Source: Takakia lepidozioides (lineage: Eukaryota > Plantae > Bryophyta). From it: DNA of 64,000 nt. The translations under genes and the position numbers were made by a program. The notes below the pieces were generated by a model. It was given only the letters and a program-made list of their open reading frames with translations, was not told the DNA's origin and did no database searches. Of the stretch, positions 24,501-36,934 are shown one piece after another; the stretch's first letter is position 1, and each line of letters begins with the position of its first letter. Where the stretch lies: the NCBI GenBank assembly GCA_030704615.1, contig CM060732.1, positions 38,564,001-38,628,000 of the forward strand, written 5' to 3'.

Positions 24501-26900
24501 TAAGAACAAGTGTACCCGGCCAGCCAGCTTTGTCATCTCTCCAAGCAAGGATGCAAGCAGCGAAGATTTCCCTGCTCCAACCTTCCCCACAACTGCTACA
24601 AGAGAATGTCGAGGGACTTGAATGCTGATGTTTGTGAGTGTGGGCTTCTCTATGTCTGGGTCCCACTTGAATGATGCGTTTTCAACACTCACAGCCCGAT
24701 CTGCCCCATATGACAGTCTTATGACCGCATCTTCTTGAAGCTCATTGCTCCATAGAAATTTGTCCAGGCGTTCAAGAGAGATGAGTGCCTGCATGCACGA
24801 TAACAGAGTATGGACAGGGGGAATTCGACATTACAAGGATATTATGTAACCCTAGTGGGTGGATGCCATGAACTTAAACTGTGTTCTTTGGTGGGCCATT
24901 CAAATTATTCTGCCTCAGGTCAACACTGAAATTTTCAGAGGGGAGGATCTAATATGAAGAAATGTACAGTGCAGTGGAACTATGTATTTTACAACATAGA
25001 AGCCATTCAGAGGTGTTCAGTACTGGAATCCCCTTCTATTGGTCCAACTCTAATCTGGCCAGCAGAATGTAGCCAAAAGCATAGTGCCAGATGCACACAC
25101 GATTTCACACATCACCCACAATTTCTTTTCATAGATCTAAGCATCTCAATGATGGTGGCAACAGTAAGGAACATAGACAAAATACCTGCGAGACTCCGAT
25201 TATTGCCTGTGGCAAATTGCGCATGGGTTCCTGCATTATGCGGACAGTGGAAAGGGTGGTGAAAGCCATCCCAGAAGAGAGAGGATGGTCGAAATAAACG
25301 CAGGCGGCAAAGATAGCCGCGCATGATATCAATGGCGTGAGCCAACCCACAAAGGTATTGACTGCATGGGCGTACGTGTATTTGCAAAGCCAACCATATT
25401 CAATACTGCGAGCATTCTCCACATTGTGGAGGAACTTCTCCTCCCACCCTTGCAGCTTTATGACCTGCAAGCATTCCCACAGGATTATGAACATCAAACT
25501 ACACTTTTAGATACCTTCCAAAGCCACGGTAGTCTAACAGAAGTACTAGCATGACTTCGACTCGGAAAACTAGGGGAAAAAAACGATCATGGAACTTTTT
25601 CTCGGAGCATAGCTCGCAGCTGATCTCAAAATCAAGCACTGGGGCGACGATGCAATTAACAAGTGGTTTCCATTTGAGTATACATTGCAAAGCTGGAAAG
25701 CGAGAAAATCTGGGAAGTCGTTCCCCTTCTTCTATTCAGTCTTGAAGTTGGTACCTTGATGTTGGCCAGACACTCATTGAAGGCTTTCATGCGTCGGTCT
25801 CTTCCGTGCATTATTTTCCTCTGATACTCCTTCAGCCTCTTTGCCATTGAAACGAAAACGGTGGCACTAGTAAATATAACCACCAGACCTGCCATAGTTG
25901 CGATTCCCGCCACCCTGGCTAGTATCACAATCGCTATTACTATCTGGCCAGGGACAACCATAGATTATGCAGCTGCAACATCACATCGGACATTTGTTGG
26001 ACATCGACAGACATGTAGTTTACGATCTGGCCCACTCCATGGCTCTGTCGGGATGCGCTTGAGAGGCGAAGGCCCTTGCGGTAAACTGTGGTGATCAAAG
26101 ATGACCGGATCTGCATGCCTAACTTTTGGCACGAGAAATTATACTGGTGGGAGCAGAGAACTTCGATAGACTTGGCTGCAATCAATACTAGGACCAGCAT
26201 GTAGCCTTCGTATTGAAAAAGTTTTTTACCCGAACTGTAATCTACGAAGCTTTGAATCAAGAGGGGCCCTACAAACATCACCGATAACTTGAGCAGAGCC
26301 AGGAGCCCACAACAGACAAACGGCCACCAGAACGATCTGCAAAGGTCTCGTCGAACAGAGTTTTGCACTTCATCTTTTGGCCAATTCGATGTGAAAAGTG
26401 CGTACAATCGAGTTGCCTGGTCCTCTGGGGCAGGAGAGGGATATCTGCTTTTTGAATGGGCCTTCGGACTCCCGTCTTCAGCAATGGGTTCATCCATGAG
26501 AACGTAGCTCGACTTACAGCGCCTGCTTTTGCATATAGGCTGTCTTCCAATGAGTCTGGCTGGAACGCAGTGTCCTCCACTTTCAAAAGGGCTCTTGCAG
26601 ACTACCCATTCTTTCTTTCAAATTCTACTAGTACTACTGTCACGAACTACTCTCGCATTCTAACGCCTGGCACCCACTTGAGGAGTCCACGGGGAATCGA
26701 CAGTTCGATTTTTGTGTCTTGTGGCAGTGACAGTGACACTCCATCCGCAACCACAGTGCACCAGCGACCCCCACTTTCCAAAACTTTGAGCAAGATTCAG
26801 CAGAACAAACTGTCGAGCCGAGAAAGGAGGTGAGCACACCTCCACTTCGAGAACACCTACAAAGGTGGAGCTGCAGAAAAGTCGGCAGCTTCGCAACGAC
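18547..26900 (-). pseudogene. ABCC/MRP-type ABC transporter gene (~13 exons) with multiple frameshifts
   Basis: TMD1; NBD1 ([22 protein letters not shown], exon ECIVEALARKTVILVTHQ at ~23297-23383); TMD2 (FFDTTPSGR); NBD2 ([28 protein letters not shown]); last exon GKVEEYDNP..SMFASLVHEY. Frameshifts at ~26430, ~25960, ~20930 and ~19070. The 5' end is uncertain. Confidence 0.88.
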
Positions 26901-27269
26901 CTCCCCTCTTGCTGCTGCCACATGAGTCATGACGTCATGAGCAACGGATTTGTGGCTCCTACCTCCTCATGTACAGAGTGCCCGCTCATGTACCCTCCTA
27001 ACGTACACTGTGGCTGCTCTCATGCGAAAAATGTTTTTCAGTGCCAGCGTGTCAGGTGATAAGTACGCTCATAAGTCAGGCCGTTGTACAATTTTTATTT
27101 TTTCCTGTCCTGTGCTGCCATGTGTCAGAAGGTCACCCTGCTGTAGTCAATGTGGCCCAGCGTACAACCTGCCAGGCTGGCTATACGCTTTATTAAAATT
27201 ATTGAAGGGAAAAAATTAAAAACCCTATTACATGGCACCAGAGTACTGAGCAGAGCAAGAAAAAGCTGG

Positions 27270-27657
27270 GGAAAGGGAGGTGTCCTCTGCACCAGAGTTC
27301 ACAACCTGGGAGTTTTCCTTTTCTTCAGTTCCATTACATAGTGCAAAAATCTCCCCTGCTGAAGGTGAAGACTTAGCAGGAAGATAAGATAAGATAAAGT
27401 TTCCTTAAGACAAAGTCTAGGATTCATCTTTCATTTGAGCCCTCTATGAGGATGTGATTGGCTTATTAGGCACTTCTCTCCCTTACTGTTCTGATAGGAC
27501 CTGCCTCTGAACTCTGGTTACTGAGCAGTGCCTCTTTGTTGGTCTTATGGCTCCCCTGCAAGGTTATTTTTTCCTTGCTTGTCCCACTTTTTTTCTCTTA
27601 TTAATAAAGTTTTCAGGGCCTCTGTCCCCTGTTCTTTAAGAAAAAAAAAAAAAAAAA
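27270..27657 (+). mobile_element. 5'-truncated retroposed insertion (LINE 3' end) with poly(A) and TSD
   Basis: AATAAA at ~27603 and A17 at 27641-27657. AAAAAGCTGG is present at both 27260-27269 and 27653-27662. Confidence 0.7.
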
Positions 27658-27836
27658 GCTGGCACCAGCACAATCCACAGTTATTAACTTAGGGCTAGGT
27701 ATTATGTTACAACAGGAGTACAAATGTTAGCGGCCATAGGGTACTGATGTGTTGATAGGGTCAGTTACATGGTCTATAATATATTTTAAGAAAATAAAGC
27801 AAATTACTTTAAATTGTGGAAGGGAAAAAGTTCAAA

Positions 27837-28336
27837 NNNNNNNNNNNNNNNNNNNNNNNNNNNNNNNNNNNNNNNNNNNNNNNNNNNNNNNNNNNNNNNN
27901 NNNNNNNNNNNNNNNNNNNNNNNNNNNNNNNNNNNNNNNNNNNNNNNNNNNNNNNNNNNNNNNNNNNNNNNNNNNNNNNNNNNNNNNNNNNNNNNNNNNN
28001 NNNNNNNNNNNNNNNNNNNNNNNNNNNNNNNNNNNNNNNNNNNNNNNNNNNNNNNNNNNNNNNNNNNNNNNNNNNNNNNNNNNNNNNNNNNNNNNNNNNN
28101 NNNNNNNNNNNNNNNNNNNNNNNNNNNNNNNNNNNNNNNNNNNNNNNNNNNNNNNNNNNNNNNNNNNNNNNNNNNNNNNNNNNNNNNNNNNNNNNNNNNN
28201 NNNNNNNNNNNNNNNNNNNNNNNNNNNNNNNNNNNNNNNNNNNNNNNNNNNNNNNNNNNNNNNNNNNNNNNNNNNNNNNNNNNNNNNNNNNNNNNNNNNN
28301 NNNNNNNNNNNNNNNNNNNNNNNNNNNNNNNNNNNN
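27837..28336. other. Assembly gap (500 N)
   Basis: Run of N. ORFs spanning it are artefacts. Confidence 1.
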
Positions 28337-31300
28337 CCAACGCCTTTGGCTGACTTTCTCAGTGCTTTCTGGCTTGGCTGCTTCATCTGCTTTCAGTCTT
28401 TCCACGTCCTCTGGTTGGGGATCCGATTGCGCCTTCATAGCCCTGGCATTCGCTTCCTTCTTCAAGTTAACCTCCGAGAGGTCAACGGTGCCACTGGGAA
28501 TCCACATACCAGGGACAGTCTACCAAATGCTCGGCATGCCACTCCTCCTTCGCCATTACTTCTATGTACAATCGTACCACGACCTCCAGGTGTCATCCAC
28601 GCCAGGAAGAATGGTGGACCCCTTTGAATGGCCCCGGACGGAATGAGTGCAAAGTTTATGTACCTGCAATCACGAGGCAGTTCAGCAAAATCATTCTACT
28701 GACTGATCATCATGCAAGAAGAAGTTCTCAATGCACAAGGTATTTCAGCACCGAAATACGTAGTGGACCGTGCCCCAATTACCCAACACTGACATCTTCC
28801 AGAGGTATATTTCGGCGCCGCAATATCCACCGCTGCTTAGTTAAATCATCAAAACTGCAAAAAATGGGGATGCATTGGCAACAGATTACCTGAACAGGAC
28901 ACGCATTGCCGCTTTGTCGGCACCCTCCTGCTCTTCGATGTATACGCTGCGTCTTGCCTTTGCAATTTCTCTGAAAAAGAGGTTTGCGAAGCGCCCTCCA
29001 TAACTACTGCACGAAGTTCTCCATTGTCTCAGGCTTCGTCCAGTCGATCTGTAACTTGAAAGTGGTGGTGTTGCAATCCAATTGCTCCTGGGCGTGGGTC
29101 AGTACCTTCCAAAACATTCATGATTTTGAAATTGCGATGATGTCCAACACACAGAAGAGGAGGAAATTATACCTGATGCCACCAAGTCATCACAGTGAGC
29201 CTCGTTTCATTTTGTCGTCTGTTGGCTCGATGGGAAAGTGGTACAACAGCTTCGTGTTTGTATGGCCGTTCCAGATTCACAGCCACCTTGTCTGCATGGC
29301 CTAACATCGGTCAGACAAGAACTTCATCATGACAATCGCGAGAAGGACAAAACAAGAACAAACATGCTTACCTCTCCGTCTCCGCCGCTCAACACATGAC
29401 ACTGCGATGTGATGAAGTTTCTCCATGGACATTTTCGGTTTCATGGGTCTCGAGTAATGCAGTCCTATCTCCGCCAGGAACTCGGCACCAAGACCAGGGT
29501 CAACGATTGCAACTTGCTTAACAAGTTTGGACCTGTACTTGGTTCGTGATTGCCTCCCTGCCTGCACAATGTGACTCTCTATCGACGCGTCCGCCTTGTT
29601 GGGGGCATCATTCTCAAGAACTGCCTTTGGCATAGGCCAAGTCATCCTTGATGTTCGTCTGCATTCCCATACCCAGCGGATACAATCAGGCCACGGATCC
29701 CTGCAACAAATAACATTAAATCGGGAAAATTGAGATGAACCTCACTGAATAGAGGATCTCCACCATGGCGTCCAGTGTTGGACGGTACCAGGTGCGATCT
29801 ACTTTCGCAAGGGACTTCCTGTACAGCCCGGGATCGAGGGATTTTTGGAAGTCCGTCAGCGGTGATGTTCCCACTTCTTGCACTCTGTAGAGCGTATGTG
29901 CCAGATGAGTTTCCACGAAGGCCCTCTCTGTTACCCTGCCATGGAGAAAAAAAAAACAACATGAAAATATGATTTCGGCACAGCAATCCAATTTCCAGTT
30001 CATAGAATGCATGACAGTCAAGAACATTGTCTATTTTGGCGCCGCAATAGGCAGTACACAAGGATGTAGTTGTATACTTATAAATTTATATCCGCCATGG
30101 CACCCTTCAGCAGTCCTCTGTCCTTGACGTCCACCTTGACGACAATGCAGTCCACCATGTAATGCCAACTGATATCTTGCGGATGCATTTCAACAATGTA
30201 CTCTGTCCAGGCAAGCATCCTGTGGTTCCCGTCCCAAACGAAGAACATCTTCCCTTCCATGTGTGCGAATGTGGGATTAGTCTTCAGAGAGGCTTCAAAC
30301 TCGGCATTTACAGTGTGCCAGTGGGGGCCCCAATTCTGAAGCTCCTCTACAGTGGGGCCCCTTGTGACACCCTGGTCATTCTCAATGGAAACGTAGAATG
30401 CTACCGACCCCCGTCTATACCCCTCTCTGAAGTTGTGCTTTAGTCGATCGATGTCCCTGGCAGTGCTTGCCTTACAACTGGAAGGCTAACCATGCAACAC
30501 AAAGGAACTTTGAGGTTCTCCGATACCCACATGGAGCCCAAACGCGGCCTATGTTGCTATGAGTCTCTGCCAGCAACCTGTTTGCTGCTATGTTCATGTC
30601 TCGTGCGCTCATGAGCATACCCGCCACCAGTTTCTTGCTTCCAACACCTCTCTCATTTCCCTCACCCCTCTCACCAGCCTGTCTACTGTCCTGGAGGTTT
30701 TGCTCCTCCGCAAGCTCCAGCAGTTTCTGATCGTCATCAAGTCGCACCACGTTGTCGTCCTCTGCTTCTGTCAGCTCAATGGGCCGCCTTCTGCAGATCC
30801 GACTCCGACATCTCCAGCGGCCTCCACCGCATCCGTGTTTTCTTAAACTGCTGCAAACCCAATATCTCCGCTTCCAGTCTCCCTAGGGGTTTTACTGGCG
30901 AAGCCATGGGCTCCTTCCGCTTCCTCGGCTTCCGAACTCTAGGTGGGCTCTTAGGCGATATCTGAGGTGTTGAATGGACTCTCGCCTGCCTCGATGTGCA
31001 CTTCCACTTGTGAGCGCAGCACCTGGGCAGGAGTATCCAAAGTTGACTGTGTTACCTTGCCCCCCTGCGATCCCTCCCCAGCTCCCATGTCAAACAAACA
31101 TGAAAACATGAGACACTGCAGGCCAAAAAAAAGATGTAAAAGGAATAGTGCGTATGGAGTGCTTCACATCCGCGAAGCACGAATCTCTCACTGGTGGGCG
31201 ATCCGAGTCTCCGGATAACGATGTCTGCATTTCCTGCATGAGACGGAGCTTAAGTCGTGTCGTCGACGGCTTCCCAAATTTCCGCGTCCTCCTCTTTGCC

Positions 31301-31350
31301 GGAGTCGCCCGACCTTCCACAAACATTATGCTATCACTATGCTGCATAAG
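28337..31350 (-). pseudogene. Multi-exon ParB/Srx-like domain gene (TE-associated), decayed and cut by the gap
   Basis: Reads ...HNFREGYRRGSVAFYVSIE...MFFVWDGNHRMLAW..WHYMVDCIVV..AMADIN, then spliced exons VTERAFVETHLAHTLYRVQEVG and VKQVAIVDPGLGAEF. DGNHR..A resembles the ParB/Srx DGxHR motif. In-frame disruptions and mutated splice sites are present. Confidence 0.6.
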
Positions 31351-33429
31351 GAGAGGAAACGCAGGAGAATGTCACTGCAGAAGGGAAGGGACGAGAGAGC
31401 GAGCGGTGGAACATGCAACCACTATGCACGAGCAGATGCGTAAGCAGCCACGTCTCCGGAAGCGTTGTCACCGTCCACCACTTTCTGCCGTATGGGTGAT
31501 GAAGAGATTGCGACCCCTGACACGTTCGTACGCATGAAGTCGACTGGAACACGACGCGTGCCTGTTCAAGCCACCAGTACAAGATGCTTTATCCGAATTG
31601 TGGCACCGAAATACCGTTCCGTTCACCGTATGCTGTTTCGGGAGCAGCCGACATTGAATGAAATATCCGCACATCATGACACCCAACCGCCATGAAAATC
31701 CCCTGCCTATGACATTCAACAGTCAGGTCGGTACGTTTCATCAGCGGACGGATGAATTTCGGCGCCGAAATTCATCGGTTGGAAGTGCTTTCATGCACAA
31801 ACTTATGAATTTCGGCACCGCAATTCATCGCTTGCCCAGTCCTCATCCATCATGAGGAAACCTGTCAGTCGGATATCGGAGCCTTAATTGTTTCCGGGAC
31901 AGTGGAGACGGCTGCACCTTGGCACATTTCATCCATATTTCGGCGCCGAAATTCATTACGAATATCTCCGTCCGCGAGTAGACGAGGTGGAATCATCCAT
32001 ATTTCGGCGCCGAAATTCATCCAGCGCGAAGACTAGATCGGCACCATGCTGCGCTTTGCCGCCATCATTGCCCTTGACGGATGCTGTCCATGCCTGTTGG
32101 ACATGCCATGTCTGGACATTTAACTATAATTTCGGCGCCGAAATTATACTTTATGTGCGGTAACGTCTCGTGCGAAAAAGACCACTTTATGGATACTGTC
32201 AGTTTCAAATGAAAACAACGGCTAAAATGCAATTAATTTTCCCCCAACATGAAAAAATATCCCCTTTCGACATTGGAAAATGGCCTTTTGTAAGACAGAA
32301 GGGGTTGAATGTGCCGATTTCTGCATTAAATGCAGAATATTCGTGTTATCTTCGTCGGAATGGATTATTTCCAACGAATTTCGGAACATAACATCATCCA
32401 GAAGCAAGAAGTAAGTGTCCGGTTCGGACGAATTTCGGCGCCGAAATTTATCCGTCGCATAGAAAATGTAATATTACAGTTACTCATTGCGGACAGTAAG
32501 GATGAATTTCGGCGCCGAAATTCATCCATTTCAAAGAGAAATAAAAATTGGAGGGAGGGCATTGAATGAATTTCGGCGCCGAAATTCGTTGCTCTCGAAG
32601 AAAAAAGAAAATTATAAGGGAGGACTTGGATGAATTTCGGCGCCGAAATTCATTGCTCGCGAAGACAAAAGAAAATTAGAATTCCGGACTTGGATGAATT
32701 TCGGCGCCGAAATTCATTTGTCGCAAGGAAAAAGAAAATTAGAAGGGAGGACTTGGATGAATTTCGGCGCTGAAATTCATTGCTCGCGAAGATAAAAGAA
32801 AATTAGAAGGGAGGACTTGGATGAATTTCGGCGCCGAAATTCATTGCTCGCGAAGACAAAAGAAAATTAGAAGGGAGGACTTGGATGAATTTCGGCGCCG
32901 AAATTCATTGCTCGCGAAGACAAAAGAAAATTGGAAGGGAGGACTTGGATGAATTTCGGCGCCGAAATTCATCTCTCGCAAGGAAAAAGAAAAAGAAGGG
33001 AGGTCTTCGGATGAATTTCGGCGCCGAAATCCATCCGCAGGACAGCAAAATTAGAGTCGGAAAAGGACAATAAGAATGAATTTTGGCTTTGAAATTCATC
33101 CATTCTGCTTATTCAGGATTACTGTCATTCGGATGTCGGCACCGAAATGCGGACACGTGGTGAATCACGACTGTAATCACGAACACATTCATCCGTATTT
33201 CGGCATCCAAATTGAACACTTACGTGCAGAAACAATTTCATGAAGAAGATGTTCATCCGAATTTCGGCACCGAAATCCATCCGTTGGGTGCTTGCTCAGT
33301 TTCATGAGGTGAACAAATTATGATTTCTGTCGCCGGAATTCATCTCCTGGCTTCCAAATCTGTTACATGACAGAGATGTTCATCCAGATTTCGGTGCCGA
33401 AATTCATGGGAAGGTCTGATTTATTGTAG
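28337..33429. mobile_element. Right arm of a probable CACTA/EnSpm-type DNA transposon
   Basis: A subterminal palindrome array ends in ggtctgatttattgtag, whose reverse complement CTACAATAAATCAGACC is a CACTA-like TIR lacking the terminal CA. No transposase or left end is visible because of the gap. Confidence 0.5.
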
Positions 33430-33470
33430 CCCAACTGGTGGTACATCACAATTCAGGCACCGAATATCCT
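31590..33470. repeat. Phased array of the palindrome (G)GATGAATTTCGGCGCCGAAATTCATC(C), about 20 copies, period ~63-64 bp
   Basis: Perfect copies at 31751-31776 and 32500-32527. Homogeneous 64-bp minisatellite core at ~32500-33040. Degenerate copies with unrelated spacers on both sides. Confidence 0.95.
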
Positions 33471-33479
33471 GGGCTCCAA

Positions 33480-33700
33480 GTCATGAGCGGACACTGGTAC
33501 TTATGAGCGGAGTGCTTCCAGCATGAGCGCGGAAATCTTCGAAATCTTCTCTTCTTATACTACTTTCGATTATTTTATAATTTTGGGCCCGAAAAAAATC
33601 TGCCGAAATTCGAAGTGTGTTACTTTGCGGCTCATGGGTGAGCCATGCCCGCTCATGAGCTCATGAACTCATGGCTCATGAGCTCATGGAATAGCAACCC
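33480..33700. mobile_element. hAT-like MITE end with GCTCATGAGC subterminal motifs
   Basis: Repeated catgagc/gctcatg ending catggaatagcaaccc. Similar motifs occur in opposite orientation at ~26905-27080. Confidence 0.5.
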
Positions 33701-33944
33701 CCCACATCCATGCTATAATGATCTATCATCGAGGCATATTACTATTCTTAACATGTTTAAAGAATTGATATTGAAAAATAGAAAATAGAACTCAAACTTC
33801 TATTTTAATTCTTGTGTTAAATGAGCAATACATATTCATGGTATATTTTGAAGGAATGTCTCTTAAAATAAAATTCATTATTAGGATTTAAAGTTTTTTC
33901 CCTAATTAATCTCATTTTTCTAATTTATTTAATCAATTAATTAG

Positions 33945-34153
33945 GATCCGGATCCGAACCCGTGAACCCGCTAATATTTCCCAACAACTACCCGGACCCT
34001 AACCCGAGTCTGTGTTGACAAACCCGGACCTGGACCCGAACCCAGATTTTCCAAATTTCAAAAACCCGGATCCAGACCCGGACTTGGCTCCAAAAAAGAA
34101 CCCGAACCCGGACCCGGCGGGTTTCTTAGAAAGGCAGAACCCGCACAACACTG
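33945..34153. mobile_element. hAT-like element end with AACCCG/GACCCG subterminal repeats
   Basis: Many (a/g)acccg motifs terminating in cacaacactg (TIR CAGTGTTGTG). Confidence 0.65.
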
Positions 34154-35470
34154 GACACGACCTTATTGATTCAGAAAGGGCATATGTTGTCTTGACTAAC
34201 CTAAAAAAAAAGCTCTCATATTAGAGATGTATTCACCTATCTATTGCAGATAAACCTCTTATTGTGAATCAAGTGCTTCTGGCCTTGTGCTAGTTTTTTT
34301 CCCTCAGTCTGGTCTCCGGGTGCGACAATTATCAAAAGAGTGCAGACTCTTGTTAGAAACTTTATGTGGGGCGCCTCCTTGACTGGAATATCTTGCAGAG
34401 CCCTTTGCGAGTTGGAAGCAACTCACTCAAAAGAAATGTAATGGGGGTCTGGCCAGTATAGAACCACAATCGTAAATCTATGCTCTTCTTGCGAAATGGG
34501 TCCCAAGGATTTCTTCACATTTCACTTCTCCTTGGAGCTTGATCGTCAGACACCATATCCTCCAAGCTCGTCCGCTCCCTGTCTCGGTTTGGCCCCCATC
34601 TCTCAGATGGATTGTTTAAGGAGGTTCTTCCAATTTAATAATGACCTCTGGTTCAGGGGTCTGGCGATCTATTTGGCATTCCTGGTTCTCCGTACGTGAT
34701 CTTTTTTTCCCAAAAATCGTTGAGCTCTTTTTTGAAGAGGCTCTCAGACAGCCTTTGTTTGGTAACTTTGATCGAGACTCTGAGCTATTGGTTAAGTGCT
34801 ATGGGCACATTGGGAAGTTGCAGGGGTTTCCAATTTCATGCACTTGTGGGAAAATGGCTCCCTCATCTCCCCTTCTGTGGCGCACTAGTAGCAGCCACCC
34901 TATCCGCTAGAAGAGTCAGGGCAGGGTGGGAGTCCATCACCGGAGACATTCTTGAGTCTTGGAATCCCTACTGCCCTCGTTCCTTGCTAATGGAAGGTGT
35001 CTCCATGTCTGGATAGGCTATGAAGTTGGGGGCTTCAAGTTTGCTTTCTTCGCGCTGTACCGCTCGGGAGCTTTATTTCATGGCTGGAAGTTCAAAGTTT
35101 ATAGCTTTGATTTTTTGCACTCCCCGCAACATTTTCCTTCCTGGAGGACTCCCTCTATGTTGTTCGGGTCTGTTGCATGACGACCGGGGTTGTTAACCCC
35201 TCTGCTGACAATGATTGCCACACCAATCCTAAGTTTCTTTGGTTTTTGACTGCACCCCTTGCCCTACTCCAGTTCGACCCGGGAGAATGGATCTGGCACG
35301 ACAGGAAACACTCCCCTTTTTTCCTTACTCTGTCAAGCTGGGTTATTCCTTGTTGCACCACACTACCTCTTTGGACCTCAAATGGACAAAATATTGGTCC
35401 CTACTTCAGAGTGATCAAGTTAGAACACATCATGAAGCCAACCTCTCTTGTGAATAACACAAAGACCTAC
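34154..35470 (+). mobile_element. Decayed L1/Tx1-type LINE ORF2 fragment (post-RT region)
   Basis: LKKKLSY..LSIADKPLIVNQVLLA..IIKRVQTLVRNFMWG and GGLASIEPQ..ALLAKW motifs with many stops. Confidence 0.7.
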
Positions 35471-36039
35471 TAAAAATGGGTCCCTGGCAAAGAAAAGTTG
35501 ACACTCACGCAGCATGATCAAAACCAGGGAGGCCGATAGGCCCCAGAGCCACCGAAATGCCCACAACAAGGGGTAGGGGAGCAATAAATTCTGTCGAGTC
35601 GGGCCCTACAGAGATCAGGGGGCTATGGTTGTTGGACCAAGTGAAGAAGAGACCCGAGTCAAAATGACCGAGGGCCGCTGACAACCCCACAGAAAAATAT
35701 AGGCCTCCCAAGCGCACCGATCCTTCTTCGATCTCAGTGCGGTTTTGTTTTTAAGCCCGACGGCTTGTTGTTCTTTATGATCATATCTCCTTTCTTAATT
35801 TCATTGATGTCCTCGCCGACTTTCCACCTCCTCCCCCCTCCTTCTTCTCCCCCTTCTCTTGCTAGTAGGGATGACATCCATTTGCTTGTCCTCATACCAC
35901 AAGCAAGTGGGACGCGGAGAAAAGAAAATCCAAGTCAACAACATAGAATAACTCTGGTTAGTCCATTTTATACTTAGCCACATTCGGACTTAGTCAAATT
36001 TCAAGACCAAGTGTGGGTTACACTCTAACTCCATTCTGT

Positions 36040-36140
36040 GTAACCCCGAGTGGAGTTACTCATCTCGTTGTGTAACCCGATGTAACCCCAAGTGGAGTTA
36101 CACTCCTCGTCGTGTAACCCCAACTGGAGTTCACACTCCT
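36040..36140 (+). repeat. Short tandem repeat tgtaacccc.a.tggagtt (3 copies)
   Basis: Direct reading. Confidence 0.7.
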
Positions 36141-36448
36141 TCGGTTCCATGTCACTCTCAAGAGAGGGTGGGGAAGATTGGACATGCCGGAAACCGGCGT
36201 ACCATCCTGTCAGAGGTTGCATGTGTGCATTAAGTTCTTACAATATTCCTATTATCTTCCACAACCCAACATGCCCTCAATAAACTTTAGAGCCTCGTCC
36301 CCTCTTTAAAACAAAACCCCCGGAAAACAGAAAAACAAAACAAAACATGAATCCAACTTGACATGGCCCAATAGGCCGGGAGATTGAAATGTTACGCATA
36401 ATAAAAACCTCAAGGCAAACAAAAAAAATCAAAATCAAACAAACATAC

Positions 36449-36934
36449 CGTAGTGCGATAGCCGGTTAGGCACTTGCCTACCTAATAATTATTTTTAGGG
36501 CCATTTGGCACTTAGGCACTTTTGAATTTTTTTAAAAAAATTAGGCAACTTGGATGTGTAATTTTTTCAAATTACTATTGTTTTTAAATAAAAGGGGACG
36601 GAGGCCCTTTAAAGGAAATTAAAAATAACGATCACAAAATGAAAACACAAAAATATAAAAATACAGCTGCTGCCATGAAAACTGAGTCCATGGATGACGT
36701 TTTAAATGAATATCATTCTAAATGGATGTCATGTTTAGATTTGTTTTCTATTTCATATTTTTTCTAATTTAAATTCAAGTTTTTATACCATAGGCACGTT
36801 TAGAGAAATTTTTGAAAATTAGGCACTCTTTGAAGATAATTTTTTAAAATTAGGCACTCTTGTCAAAAATAATTTATTTTGATTAGGCACTTTATTTTCG
36901 AATTAATTTCTGCCTAACCGGCTATCCCACTACG
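36449..36934. mobile_element. MITE with 24-bp TIRs
   Basis: cgtagtgcgatagccggttaggca / tgcctaaccggctatcccactacg (1 mismatch), flanked by TAC on both sides. AT-rich interior with ttaggcact repeats. Confidence 0.85.

Noticed and set aside
27749-28646. Long ORFs across 27.8-28.3 kb
   Set aside because: Artefacts of the 500-N gap.
31590-33470. True CRISPR array
   Set aside because: Eukaryotic context, no cas genes, near-identical central spacers, and the array ends at a CACTA-like terminus.
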